A stretch of 64,000 bases of DNA. Source: Camelus ferus (lineage: Eukaryota). This document shows positions 54,030-64,000 of the stretch, piece after piece (positions within the stretch are counted from its first letter, which is position 1; every line of letters starts with the position of its first letter). Both the position numbers and the translations under genes were made by a program. The stretch is from NCBI RefSeq assembly GCF_009834535.1, contig NC_045697.1, positions 19,656,001 through 19,720,000 on the forward strand, in the 5' to 3' direction. Under the pieces are notes generated by a model. The model searched no databases, had not been told where the DNA came from, and saw only the letters and a list, made by a program, of their open reading frames with translations.

Positions 54030-56700
54030 CTTCAAGAAACAAACCAAACCACAGATGATCCAGGCATCAGAAAGAATAAGCGATGACAGCAAGGACACAG
54101 GCTACAAGATCGGGGTGCAGATGTGGGTTGTTTTCTTATGTACTAGCAACGAACAATTAGAACTTGAAATTTACAACTCTAGAGGCATGTACACTAGCAC
54201 CAAAAAAATGAAATCCTTAGGCATAAACCTAAAAAAAATTCATAAGACATATCCATAGAAAATTACAAAACTCTGATTAAAGAAATCAAAGGACAAAATA
54301 AATTAAGAGAGATTTCGTATTCATGGATTGGAAGACTCAATATTCCTAATGTGTCATTTTTTTCCAAATTGACTGTAGATTCAATGCAAATCCAAAATCA
54401 AAATCAATTTGTGGATATCAACAAGATGTTTCTAAAGTTACATGGAGAAGCAAAAAGGACTCAGAATAGCCAGTACTATATTGAAGAAGAAAAACCAAGC
54501 TGGAGGACTGACACTGTCTCACACCAACACTTAATATAAAGCTACAGTAACCAGGGCAGCATAGTATTGGCAAAAGATTAGACATATAGGTCAACGGAAC
54601 AGAATAGGCAGCCCAGAAATAGACCCACACAAATATAGTCAACTGATTTTTGGAAAAGGAGCAAAGGCAATTCAGTGGAGATAGGATCTGGCGCCCAAAC
54701 AACTGGATACTGATATGCCAAAAAAAAAGAATCTAGACAAAGATGTTACAATTGTCACAAAAGTTAACTCAAAATGAATCACAGACTTAAATGTAAAATG
54801 CAGCAACACTGTAAGACTTTTCGAAAATAGCATAGTAGAAAATCTCAGTGACTTTGGGTTTAGCAATGACTTTTTAGATACAATACCAAAAACACAATCT
54901 GTAAAAGAAAAAAAATAAGTTAGACATAATTGAAATTAAAATCTTCTGCTCTGCTAAAGACACTGTTAAGAAAATGAAAAGACAAGCTACAGACTAGAGA
55001 AAATATTTGCAAAACACGTATCTGACAAAGAACATGTATCATACCAAGGGCTCTTTAAACAATAAGAAAAAAAACAGCCCACTTGAAAAGTGGGCAAAGC
55101 TCTGAATAAACACCTCCCAAAAAAGATACTCAGAAGACAAGCAAGCATATAAAAGGATGCTCAACGCCATTGTCACTAGTGACTTGTAAACTAAAATAAC
55201 AATGAGTTACTATTACACAGCTACTGTAATTGCAAAAATCCAGAAAACACCCAATACCAGGGTGAGGACGTGGAGCTGCAAGAGCTCTCATTCACTGCTA
55301 CAGTACTGCAAAATGGTACCCACTGCCTCTTTGGAAAACAGTTTGAAAATTTTGTAAAAAAGTGAAATGCAGTCCTACCATACAGTCCAGCGATTACTTT
55401 TAACTGTTTGGCTAATTCAACTGAAACCTTATATCCACACAAAAAATGTATAGCAGCTTCTTGGTATTTCCCCAAACTGGAAGCAACCAAGAAGTCTTTC
55501 AATAAGTGAAAGGATAAACAAATTGTGGTAGATCCATGCAATAGACAATTATTCAGTGATTAAAAAAAATAAATAAAGAGCTATCAACCCATGAAAAAAC
55601 ATAGAGGAAACTTAAAGGTGTGTTGCTAAGTGAAGGAAGCCTGCCAGTCTAAAAAGTCTGCATTACTATAGTATTCCAACTGTACGGCATTCTGGAAACG
55701 GCAAAACTGTAGGTAGTGAGACTGTCATGGTTGCTGGTTGTTTGAGGGGAAGAGGGAAGGGGTGGATATGTGAAGCACGTGTGGAATTTTTAGGACAAAC
55801 TATTCTGTTTGAAGCTGTAATAAGGGATTCATGACATGAATTTGTCAAGTCCCACGGAGCTTTACATCACAAAATCAAACTTTAATGCATGCAAATTAAA
55901 AAGAAATTATTTAGGAGAGCAGGCATCCCAGGAAAGAATGAGACACTATAATAAGAGAATCTAAACATATTTAAAATACACCAAAAAACCCATTGAGGGA
56001 GGTAGGGAATAAAGTGTGACCCAAGTAACTTAGGAAATGGAGGAGGGCTGTAGGATAAAAAGCAAAAGGGACTGCATGTAACCACTCTAACCTAGCTGAT
56101 AAAATTATTTCCCAGGGTATATGGGTTAACAGTTCTGATCCTGCTATATAGTGGAAGGAAACAAGTAAATGAATGGCAAATGGCAGAAGTCAGGTTTTCT
56201 TCTTTTGGTGTGGAAAGTTACAGATCAAGAAGAGGTAGGCTAGAATAACCCAGGTGGTAATGGAATAAAGTTGGAGACTTCAGTAAGAACTCATGTGTAA
56301 CTTCATATAAATACAAATGCAGTGGTATTTATAGATACGAGTATATACAGAGGTTAGTATACCAACATATACATCTTTGCTCTGCCATCTGAGAAGGCCT
56401 AAAAATGACACACCAGTGGCAAAGAGGACACCTAGCACTCAGACCTTGATTTCTCATACCATTCCCCAATAAAAGGAACCAGGACTCCCCTGAGAAATGG
56501 CTGATTCTAGAATTGGGGCAGAAAATATATAAGATAAAGCTAGAGCATCGTATAGAGTTTGGAGCATCTTATAGTGCCAGAAATAAAGCATTTCTAAGCA
56601 AATAAGCCAAAAAAAAAAAAAAGCCAAACAAACAAACAAACAAAAAAAACAACAGCAGGAATTACGGGGTTATGTTAAAAGGGAACATAAGCCAACAGAA
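54030..56700 (+). mobile_element. LINE-1 (L1MC/L1MD-like) ORF2 3' half and long 3' UTR, decayed
   Basis: TTCATGGATTGGAAGACTCAATATT, CCCAGAAATAGACCCACACAAATATAGTCAACTGATTTTTG, AATATTTGCAAAACACGTATCTGACAAAG, CCATTCCCCAATAAAAGGAACCAGGACTCC. Confidence 0.92.
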
Positions 56701-56707
56701 AGAGTTC

Positions 56708-56883
56708 TGTTTTGGGTTGAATTACATCTCCCCAAAATTCATTGTATTGAAGTCCTAACACTTAATACCTCAAAATGTGACCTTATTTGGAGATAAGGTT
56801 GTTGAAGATGTAATTAGTTAAGTCATACAGGAGTAGAGTAGGCCCCTAATTCAGTATGACTGTTGTCCTTATTAAAAGGAGAC
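56708..56883 (+). mobile_element. 5' part of an MLT1B/C-like MaLR LTR
   Basis: TGTTTTGGGTTGAATT...CCAAAATTCA...AATGTGACCTTATTTGGAGATAAGG...TATGACTGTTGTCCTTAT; 3' half not found. Confidence 0.85.
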
Positions 56884-57028
56884 TATAAGGAAGCAAAAAC
56901 ATGCTACCTTAAAGATCAGGTAATTTTGTTGCATTTTAGTTGGCCTAATGGCCAGACCGAAGAAGCTACTACTGTTTTTTCACCAATAATTCATACTTTC
57001 TGGAAAGAAGATTAAATTGGCTCACAAG

Positions 57029-57620
57029 TAAGACAGGAGGGAAGGAGGCAGGGCACAACCATTGAAAGAATGACACAGCAGTTGAGGACAGGACAAACTG
57101 GTTAGAACCAAGATGGAGGAAGACCTGACTTCCTGTAGACCTTGAGCCTCCTGGCACACCCATAGGTGCCAAGACTGTTCCTAGGCTGACCATAAAAGGT
57201 CAAAAGTGGACAGGGCCAAATTCCCAGAAATCTCTGCCCCTTCCCCAAAATAGTTGGAATAATTCTCCTTCTTGTTAGCATATGAAATTACTCAGACCAT
57301 AAAAACTAACAACCCTACACCTCATGGTTACTCTCCCTCTTGCCTTCTGAGACGGCCTGCACTCTGTCTATGGAGTGTGAATCTACTTTTACTTTAAACT
57401 AAACACTCCCTCACCTCTCAGAGCTTGCCTCTCCTCACCTTTTGAGATGGCCCGCATTCTGCCAATAGATATTTATCTCCTAAGCCACTCTCCCTTCTGA
57501 GTGAGACGGACTGCACTCTGTATGGAGTCTGTATCTCTCTAAATAAATTTGCTTTCACTTTACTATGCCTTGCTCTTGGATTCTTTCCTGGGCAAGGCAA
57601 AAATCTATTCTCTGGCAACA
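57029..57620 (+). mobile_element. MER41-like ERV1 solo LTR (592 bp)
   Basis: TAAGACAGGAGGGAAGG...AACCAAGATGG...GGAATAAT...TTGTTAGCATATG...CTCTGTCTATGGAGT...AATAAATTTGCTTTCACTTTACT...GGCAACA; perfect 4-bp TSD CAAG (57025-57028, 57621-57624). Confidence 0.93.
57221..57229. promoter_or_regulatory. GAS (STAT-binding) motif TTCCCAGAA within the MER41-like LTR
   Basis: Matches TTCNNNGAA; the second tandem position (57241-57249, TTCCCCAAA) is degenerate. Confidence 0.55.
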
Positions 57621-58466
57621 CAAGGAGCATTCCTATTGTATAGAGTTTCAACCAAGCTAGGTTAAAGTGGCTTAATTGCTCGCATCACCTGCATGGATCC
57701 TCAGTTGAATAAGCTGTGGCAAAAAATATATGTTTTATTTTGCAGTTTGCAATCTAAAGCCCGGCAATTTTTGCAGGGAAGAAAGCATTTGATCCACTTT
57801 CTTGAGGTTTCTGAAGGATCCTGAGACTCTTCCTGATCCAATCAACACTACAAGCCAAAGAAACAGTCATTTTCATTCCTATTCAAAGCTCTTTTATGAC
57901 TGAAAATATTATTGCTCAGTTTCATCACTATCTTTGTCAATTTAGCTCAACAAACATGTTTTATGGAGTCTTGTACATTAATCAATGCTCTTGGTCTTGT
58001 GGGAAATCAGAAACCTGCTTGAGAGGCGTAAAGCTTGTAAAAAATAACTATTACACGAAGCAGCATATGAAAATTCTCTAGAAAGAAGTATAGGCTTTGA
58101 AAATAGGATGTAAACTCTCATAGGATCATAGAGATATAAGGTCCTTGTGTAAATTTAGTGGAATTTCTTGGAGTATAAGGTTTTAGTTGAGTGTAAAACC
58201 TGAACTTATTTTATTGTGACAAGGCTACCAGAAATTAACGTTAAATAATTATCTCTTGAGAATGAGTTTATGCTTCCAAGATAATCTAGAGCAGCATCTT
58301 TTTCTCAGGGAAATGCAAGAATGTCCTTTTTTCTTGTTACTTAGAAGCTCTTTCTAGCAAGTAACATCCACTGATTCCTGATGCTGCTTCTATTTTGCTA
58401 AAGTTAACCTTACCTCTGCTTTTGTTATGTGTCTTAGAAAACTCTGGTGAAAACATCTCTCTCTCT

Positions 58467-58586
58467 CTCTTTGTCAGGGGAAGATAATTAGGTTTATTTA
58501 TTTTTAGAGGAGGTACTGGAGATAGAACCCAGAACCTCGTGCATGCTAACTAAGCATGCACTCTGCTTGAGCTATATCCTCCCTCC
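58467..58586 (-). mobile_element. Camelid tRNA-derived SINE (Vic-1-like)
   Basis: Minus strand GGGAGGATATAGCTCAAGCAGAGTGCATGCTTAG...GCATGCACGAGGTTCTGGGTTCTATCTCCAGTACCTCCTCTAAAAATAAATAAACCTAATTA, with Pol III A/B-box-like motifs; TSD CATCTCTCTCTCT/CATCTCTTTCTCT (12/13). Confidence 0.9.
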
Positions 58587-58839
58587 CATCTCTTTCTCTT
58601 TTTAAAACTCTTTTAAAATAGGTGCACTAAAGAGTTACGAAAATAATGTCAGAAAAATTTCAGAGAATTAAATTCACCTGCTAGGCATTGAGAGACTATA
58701 TGAATATCATAAGGTGAAAGCCAGTATCAGGCAGAAGTCTAGCTAGAAATAACTACACTTCACATATATTTGAGGGTGATTGTAGGTATCCATCGAGAGA
58801 CTATTGATACACCTAGTGATGCAGTATATGTTAGTTGGT

Positions 58840-59560
58840 TTACTCATTCATTCATTCATTTAATCATTTACCAAATCTTTATTAAGCCACTTAGAATATA
58901 TAAGTATCAAGCTGAGCCTACCAAGATGACTAAGAAGATATCGTTCTCACATTCAGGGTATTCAGTCTACTTGGAAAAAAAATACATATCAACCAGTGAT
59001 TACGGTAAAGTGTGGTAAACGTTTGGGAGAACTTTGTACATGAGTGCTGTAGCCTGAATGTGCCCCCTTCCAGAAATTCTTACATGTTAAATCCTCACAC
59101 CCAATATTTTGGTATTTGGAGGTGGGACCTTTGGGAGGTAATTAAGTCATGAGGTTAAGCCCTCATGAGTGGGATCAATGACCTTATAGAAGAGACCCCA
59201 GAGGGTCTTTGCCCCTTCCATCATGTGAGGACACAGTGAGGAGGCAGCTGTCTATGAACAAGCAAGCAGCCCTCACCAGACACCTGATCTGCCAGGCATC
59301 TTGATGTAGGGCTTCCCAGCCTCCAGAGCTGAATGAGGAATAAATGTTTGTTGTTCGTAAGCCACTCGGTACATTGTATGTTTGTTATAGCAGTCTGAAG
59401 GGTCTAAGGCAAGTGGCTTTAGCAGCTACAGAAGGAGGCTGAGATACAGGTTAAAGAGATTCTTCAGAAAGGAACAATGCTTTAGGCTGAGTCTTGAAAG
59501 AAAAGTATGAGGTGTCCAGGCTGGAGGTGAGATGCGGGGAGTCAGGCTTCTGTGGGGCAG
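58840..59560 (-). mobile_element. L2 LINE 3' end (antisense), split by an MLT1A0 LTR
   Basis: CATTCATTCATTCATTTAATCATTTACCAAATCTTTATTAAG; resumes with TTAGGCTGAGTCTTGAAAG after 59411. Confidence 0.7.
59045..59411 (+). mobile_element. MaLR solo LTR, MLT1A0-like
   Basis: TGCTGTAGCCTGAATGTG...GGTATTTGGAGGTGGGACCTTTGGGAGGTAATTAAG...TTTGTTATAGCAG...CTAAGGCA. Confidence 0.9.
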
Positions 59561-59719
59561 AGGCTCAGTGGTGTAACACAGCCTGATAGAACTTGCAAGC
59601 AGTATGGACTGGCACTCTGTCAGAGCACTTGACGTGATTTGCCTCACTAACTTGCCTGATACCTGTTTCACCTGACTGTGCTGATGCTCAGGGTAGGGTA
59701 GCAGATGCTGCTGGCTGTG

Positions 59720-60101
59720 TCTCATTCTATTCCCCAGAGACCCATCCCCATTTTGGTTGATGTGGTCAGTTCACCACCTCTCCTCCTTGGTTCTGACCTC
59801 ACACCTGCAGTCTTCTTCAGACACTCTTTCCTGGGCCATTGAAGACACTAACAACCTGATAGGGCAAGCACTTTTACGTTAAGGCAGGGCCTTCTGTGTT
59901 GCAATTTATTCTTTAGAGATCCCTCTAGGGGTCAGCCTACAGCTGGACTTTCTCTAGAAGTTCTTTTTGCATAGCTTCTTCCCTTTCCTGGCTTATGCGC
60001 CTTCCATTCATATGGGTTTTTTTTCCTGAAAGCATTCTTTAATAAATCACTTTCCTCAGTCTCCATCTTTGACTCTGCTTCTGTGGAACACAGCCAAGAC
60101 A
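59720..60101 (+). mobile_element. ERVL LTR fragment (LTR33/LTR16-like)
   Basis: 3' end AATAAATCACTT...GACTCTGCTTCTGTGGAACACAGCCAAGACA. Confidence 0.6.
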
Positions 60102-60244
60102 AGTGGGGTCTGTGTTTCATTCATTTTTATGCCGAAGTACCAAGAAGTGGAGACATGTTCTAAGCACTGAAAAATGAATTGTTAAATAAGTGGATTGAAA
60201 ATCACATTTAGTAGGCTGCAAGCATACATGGTAATTTGAAATCA

Positions 60245-60430
60245 GATAATAGTTAACATTTATTGAATATTTACTGTGCTCTAGGCATCTTGTAAACTTG
60301 CTACATGTATAACTTCGTTTAAGTCTCAAGAGCCCCCACCAGGCAGACTGAGTATTATCTGTATTTTACTGATGAAGAAACCAGGGATTAGAGAAATTGA
60401 TGTTTTGACTAAGACTCCTCAGCAAGAATG
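60245..60430 (-). mobile_element. MIR SINE
   Basis: TAACATTTATTGAATATTTACTGTGCTCTAGGCA...TTTTACTGATGAAGAAAC. Confidence 0.8.
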
Positions 60431-60453
60431 ACCTATACAATTCCATTTAAGAC

Positions 60454-60478
60454 GTGTGTGTGTGTGTGTGTGTGTGTG
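60454..60478. repeat. (GT)n microsatellite
   Basis: Directly visible. Confidence 0.95.
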
Positions 60479-61529
60479 CTGGTGGAAATATGACCATCTG
60501 AACTTCATTAATTGAAATTTAATTGATTTTAGAAAAGAGTTCAAAAACCCTGGATGTCAAATGGTTTTTTGACCTATTTTTTAGGGCACCGGCAAAGGAG
60601 CTGGATGTACTATTTGAGTTATTAATAAGACACTTTATTAAATTTCTTTATGTGGAAATACTTAACTTATGCTCTAAGATTCATGCTAATAAATTGTCCT
60701 CTCTCTACCTCCTCTCTCCCAAACTTAGGGTAACAACACATTGTTCATAGGCAGTACCCTGAGTGTCAGTTTGGCATCTGGATTATGTAAGGTATAATTG
60801 GATTTACCCTATGCAATTAGAACTGGGATTTTTTGCTGCCGAAGCACTACATTGAAGTTTTTGCCTGGAAACGAATGTTAAGCATTTTGTTTGGTACTTG
60901 AAAAATCTGCCTTGACAGTGCTTCATAATAGAACCAATTATCAGGTGTGCTGTTACACATAGCCTTCCAGACCTCAATTTAAATAGAAAGTGGTGACAAT
61001 TTCTTTTGTGGAATAGTCTCCACAACACTTAAAATCAACCATAATGTGTAGACCTACATGCTTATGAAAGCGACAACAAGGGACCGAGCATACTTGTTAC
61101 ATAAACATGTACTTTGAGGTTGAGATGATTGAATTGCCAACTAAAGAGAATGACAGATATTAACATCCTCTTCCAAAGCCAGTCCTTGCTGAATTTCTTT
61201 AATAGCTATTAACACAGTTAAACCTACACTCTGCCCGTATTATTTCTCTAAATGAGAAAAATAATCTTATTGACACAAGACCAGTATACTTCTACACTGA
61301 AACAAAACCTATTTTGATCTTCTTTTGTACATTGACTTATGTGAGCATTTAAAGAAAAAGCGTCCATTTACTAGAGAAGTGGATAGAAATGCCTGATAGT
61401 TATGTTAAACAAGATAATGAGATGTACTGCTAATTTTTCTGTATCATATGCAAGCAAAACTCCCCTGAAGATTATTGGAAAAATTATGCAAATGATTACT
61501 TATATATCACAAGGGGAATGTAGCATTGA

Positions 61530-61700
61530 GGAATAATTCTCAAATGCGTATAAATCTCCCAGTGCCTAAAGAATTATCTGGTCTCACTTTTTGTGATTTT
61601 GATTGTGAATTTGAAGTGAGAGCCAGAAATCTCTAATTTTACTTTTATTTCTTAACTCTCTAGGTGATTCACATGCATAGTTATATTGAAAACCAGTAGC
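61530..61700. mobile_element. MER5-like DNA transposon relic
   Basis: TTCTCAAATGCGTATAAATC...CTCTCTAGGTGATTCACATGCA...TTGAAAACCA. Confidence 0.55.
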
Positions 61701-63009
61701 TTAGAGCTTAATGTATAAGTTTATGAATGTTTTTAGATATGTTGTTAATTATTACATACTATGAATATATACAATTATCAACATATCTGAATGTAATTAT
61801 GACCTACATCCATGGAATATAGTCTTCAACTTTGAATTGTAGGAAAGCCTTTCTTGCTTTTATTTTCTTCTTTTTATTTATATATTGAACAAGTTTTGAA
61901 TATTGATCTTTAGGGATTTTTTAATAGTATCTTATGGTTGGAAAAGATTCCAAAATCTCAATATGCCCATCCTGTCACCTCAAGACAAAACTATGTTCAG
62001 GTTTCAGGTGGACTGAGTACTGAAAGGAGGAAATCCCATACTGACTCTAAGATCCTGATTATGTTAGTGAGCTGAAGTGTGGTGGCTAAGGAAAGCAGGA
62101 GAACGCAGTTTATTTTAGTTCAGTGGGCATAAAACTAGCCTATGCTTTCACCTGAGACTGTGTAAAAACATTCCAAGAGTTTTAGGGGTACGAGTAGAAG
62201 TGAGGAATTTGTGTCTAAATTCTCATCTTCCCTATGTACTTTTACCTACAATTTATCTGTCTGCGTGCCTCCATCATTATGCAGGTTTGCATTTTCTGTC
62301 TTCTCTTTAAAAATCACCCTTCTCACACTTCACAAAACAATGGAATACCTCTAATCTACTTCTAATTTGTTATAGTAGATTGTTTTGGGATGCAAAAATC
62401 TCAGAGGCTCCAAAAGAACAATCTACTGATGTAGGTGTTGAGAAAATGGCTGATTCAAATGACTGTGTAACCAAATCCTTTTGTAAATCAGTTGTTTTTC
62501 AAATTTTTATTTGAATAATATTGATGGAAGATCAAATTGATTTGTTGGTGCAGAGTTTATTAATAATAATTTTTGATTATAGGTGACCGTGAAATTTTGG
62601 GATATATCACAGAGGTAGTTGATAGAGTTGAACTGACAAAATGTTTCATATCCATCTACTTGTTAATGTGAACAAGGAATATCATCACCTACATCTGCAA
62701 ATAAGATCTGCAAGGATCTAGTTCTAAGTAATATTTCCTTACATATTTTAAAGCAGAAAGAGTCCATATATTTGAATTCCAATTCTAGATTACTTTCATA
62801 GTCTATAACAATGCTGAAATATAAGATCAAAATGAATTAGACCTCAAAATATTCATTTATAAATATTTATTTGGGAATATTGATATCTTCACAACAGCTA
62901 GTTTTCCAATCTGTTCAAGTGTTGTATCCATTGATTTATTAAGAGTTAATTTAATTCTTCTCAATTTTATGTTCTGGTTTTCAAATCTGTTTTTAGCTAT
63001 TTAATAAGT

Positions 63010-63170
63010 TTAGTTGTTATAACATCCATTATCTTGATTGCAGTGATGGTTTCACAGTGTATACATATGTCAAAAAATATCAAATTGTGGGCATTAAATA
63101 ACATGTAGTTTATTGTGTGTCAACTCTATCTCAGTTAATCTATTCTAAGTTTCAAGTTAAAATAAAGGAA
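63010..63170 (+). mobile_element. LINE-1 3' terminal fragment
   Basis: TATCTTGATTGCAGTGATGGTTTCACAGTGTATACATATGTCAAAA...GTTTATTGTGTGTCAAC. Confidence 0.85.
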
Positions 63171-63174
63171 TTAC

Positions 63175-64000
63175 CTTTTTTAAAATTTAGATTTTTTAAG
63201 AGAAGTTTAAGATTCACAGCAAAATTAAATGGAAGATATAGAGAGTTCGCATATGCCCCTTACCCCCATAAAAACATAGCCTCCCAAATATTAACATCCC
63301 CCACCAGAGTGGTACAGTTGTTACCAATGGTAAACCTAAACTGACACATCATGATCACCCAGAATCCATAGTTTACGTAGTGGTTACCTCATGGTGTTGT
63401 GTGGTCTATTGGTTTGGACAAATATATGATGACATGTATCTATCCTATGGTATCTCACAGAGTATTTTCACTCGTCTAAACATCCTCTGAGCTCTGCCTA
63501 TTCATGCCACCCACCTCCCTCACTCTGACAACCACTCCTTTACTATAATGTCATATACTGGAAACAGCAGGTAGTCTATTGAGGTTGACTTCTTTCACTC
63601 AGTAATACGTATTTAAGGTTTCTCCATGTCTTTTCATGGCTTGATGTCTCATTTCCCCCTTTTTAAAAATTGAAATATAGTTAATTTATCTCATTTCTTT
63701 TTATAGCTGAATATATTCTATTGTCTAGATGTACTATAGTTTATTACCCTTCATCCACTGAAGGACATCTTGGTGCTTCCAAGTTGGCGTTTATAAAGCT
63801 GCTATAAACATCTGTGTGCAGGTTTTTGTATGGACATAAGTTTTCAGTTTCTTTGGGTAAATACCAGGCGGCATGATAGCTGGATCTTATGGTAAGAGTA
63901 CGTTTTGTTTTATAGGAAACCACCAGACTGTCTTCCTATAGTTTGGTGGGAAGTTTGCTGTACCATTTTGCATTCTCATCAGCAATGGATGAATTCCTAT
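63175..64000 (-). mobile_element. LINE-1 3' end (L1MC/L1MD-like), antisense; runs off the window
   Basis: GTTTAAGATTCACAGCAAAATT, ACTGAAGGACATCTTGG, TAAAGCTGCTATAAACATCTGTGTGCAGGTTTTTGT, TACCATTTTGCATTCTCATCAGCAATG. Confidence 0.92.

Noticed and set aside
44868..57620. Full provirus between two similar LTRs
   Set aside because: The LTRs are inverted, each has its own TSD, and no PBS or gag/pol/env sequence is visible.
58500..58586. tRNA gene
   Set aside because: The tRNA-like head belongs to a SINE with a tail and TSD; no complete cloverleaf.
1..64000. Prokaryotic-type systems (operons, CRISPR, defence islands)
   Set aside because: The sequence is mammalian; no regularly spaced repeats or dense coding regions.

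Overview
AT-rich, repeat-dense mammalian genomic DNA (intergenic or deep intronic). It is almost certainly from a camelid, because it carries a Vic-1-type tRNA-derived SINE at ~58.5 kb. Much of the window is decayed LINE-1, L2, MIR, MaLR (MLT1), ERVL-type LTRs and MER5 fragments, several nested and several with readable target-site duplications (TSDs). I recognise no known protein-coding gene, rRNA, tRNA or CRISPR. The ORF-track entries are L1 ORF2 remnants, low-complexity or chance ORFs. The best-supported observation is two full-length MER41-like solo LTRs (44868-45462 minus, 57029-57620 plus) in inverted orientation, each retaining one intact STAT1-type GAS motif. A more speculative observation is a chain of five minus-strand exon-like segments (52.8, 50.6, 44.3, 41.0, 39.3 kb) with good splice signals that splice in one open frame, a possible unannotated lncRNA or small-ORF gene. 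I cannot claim a new biological system from sequence alone. Repeat family names come from recalled consensus sequences, and boundaries without a TSD are approximate.
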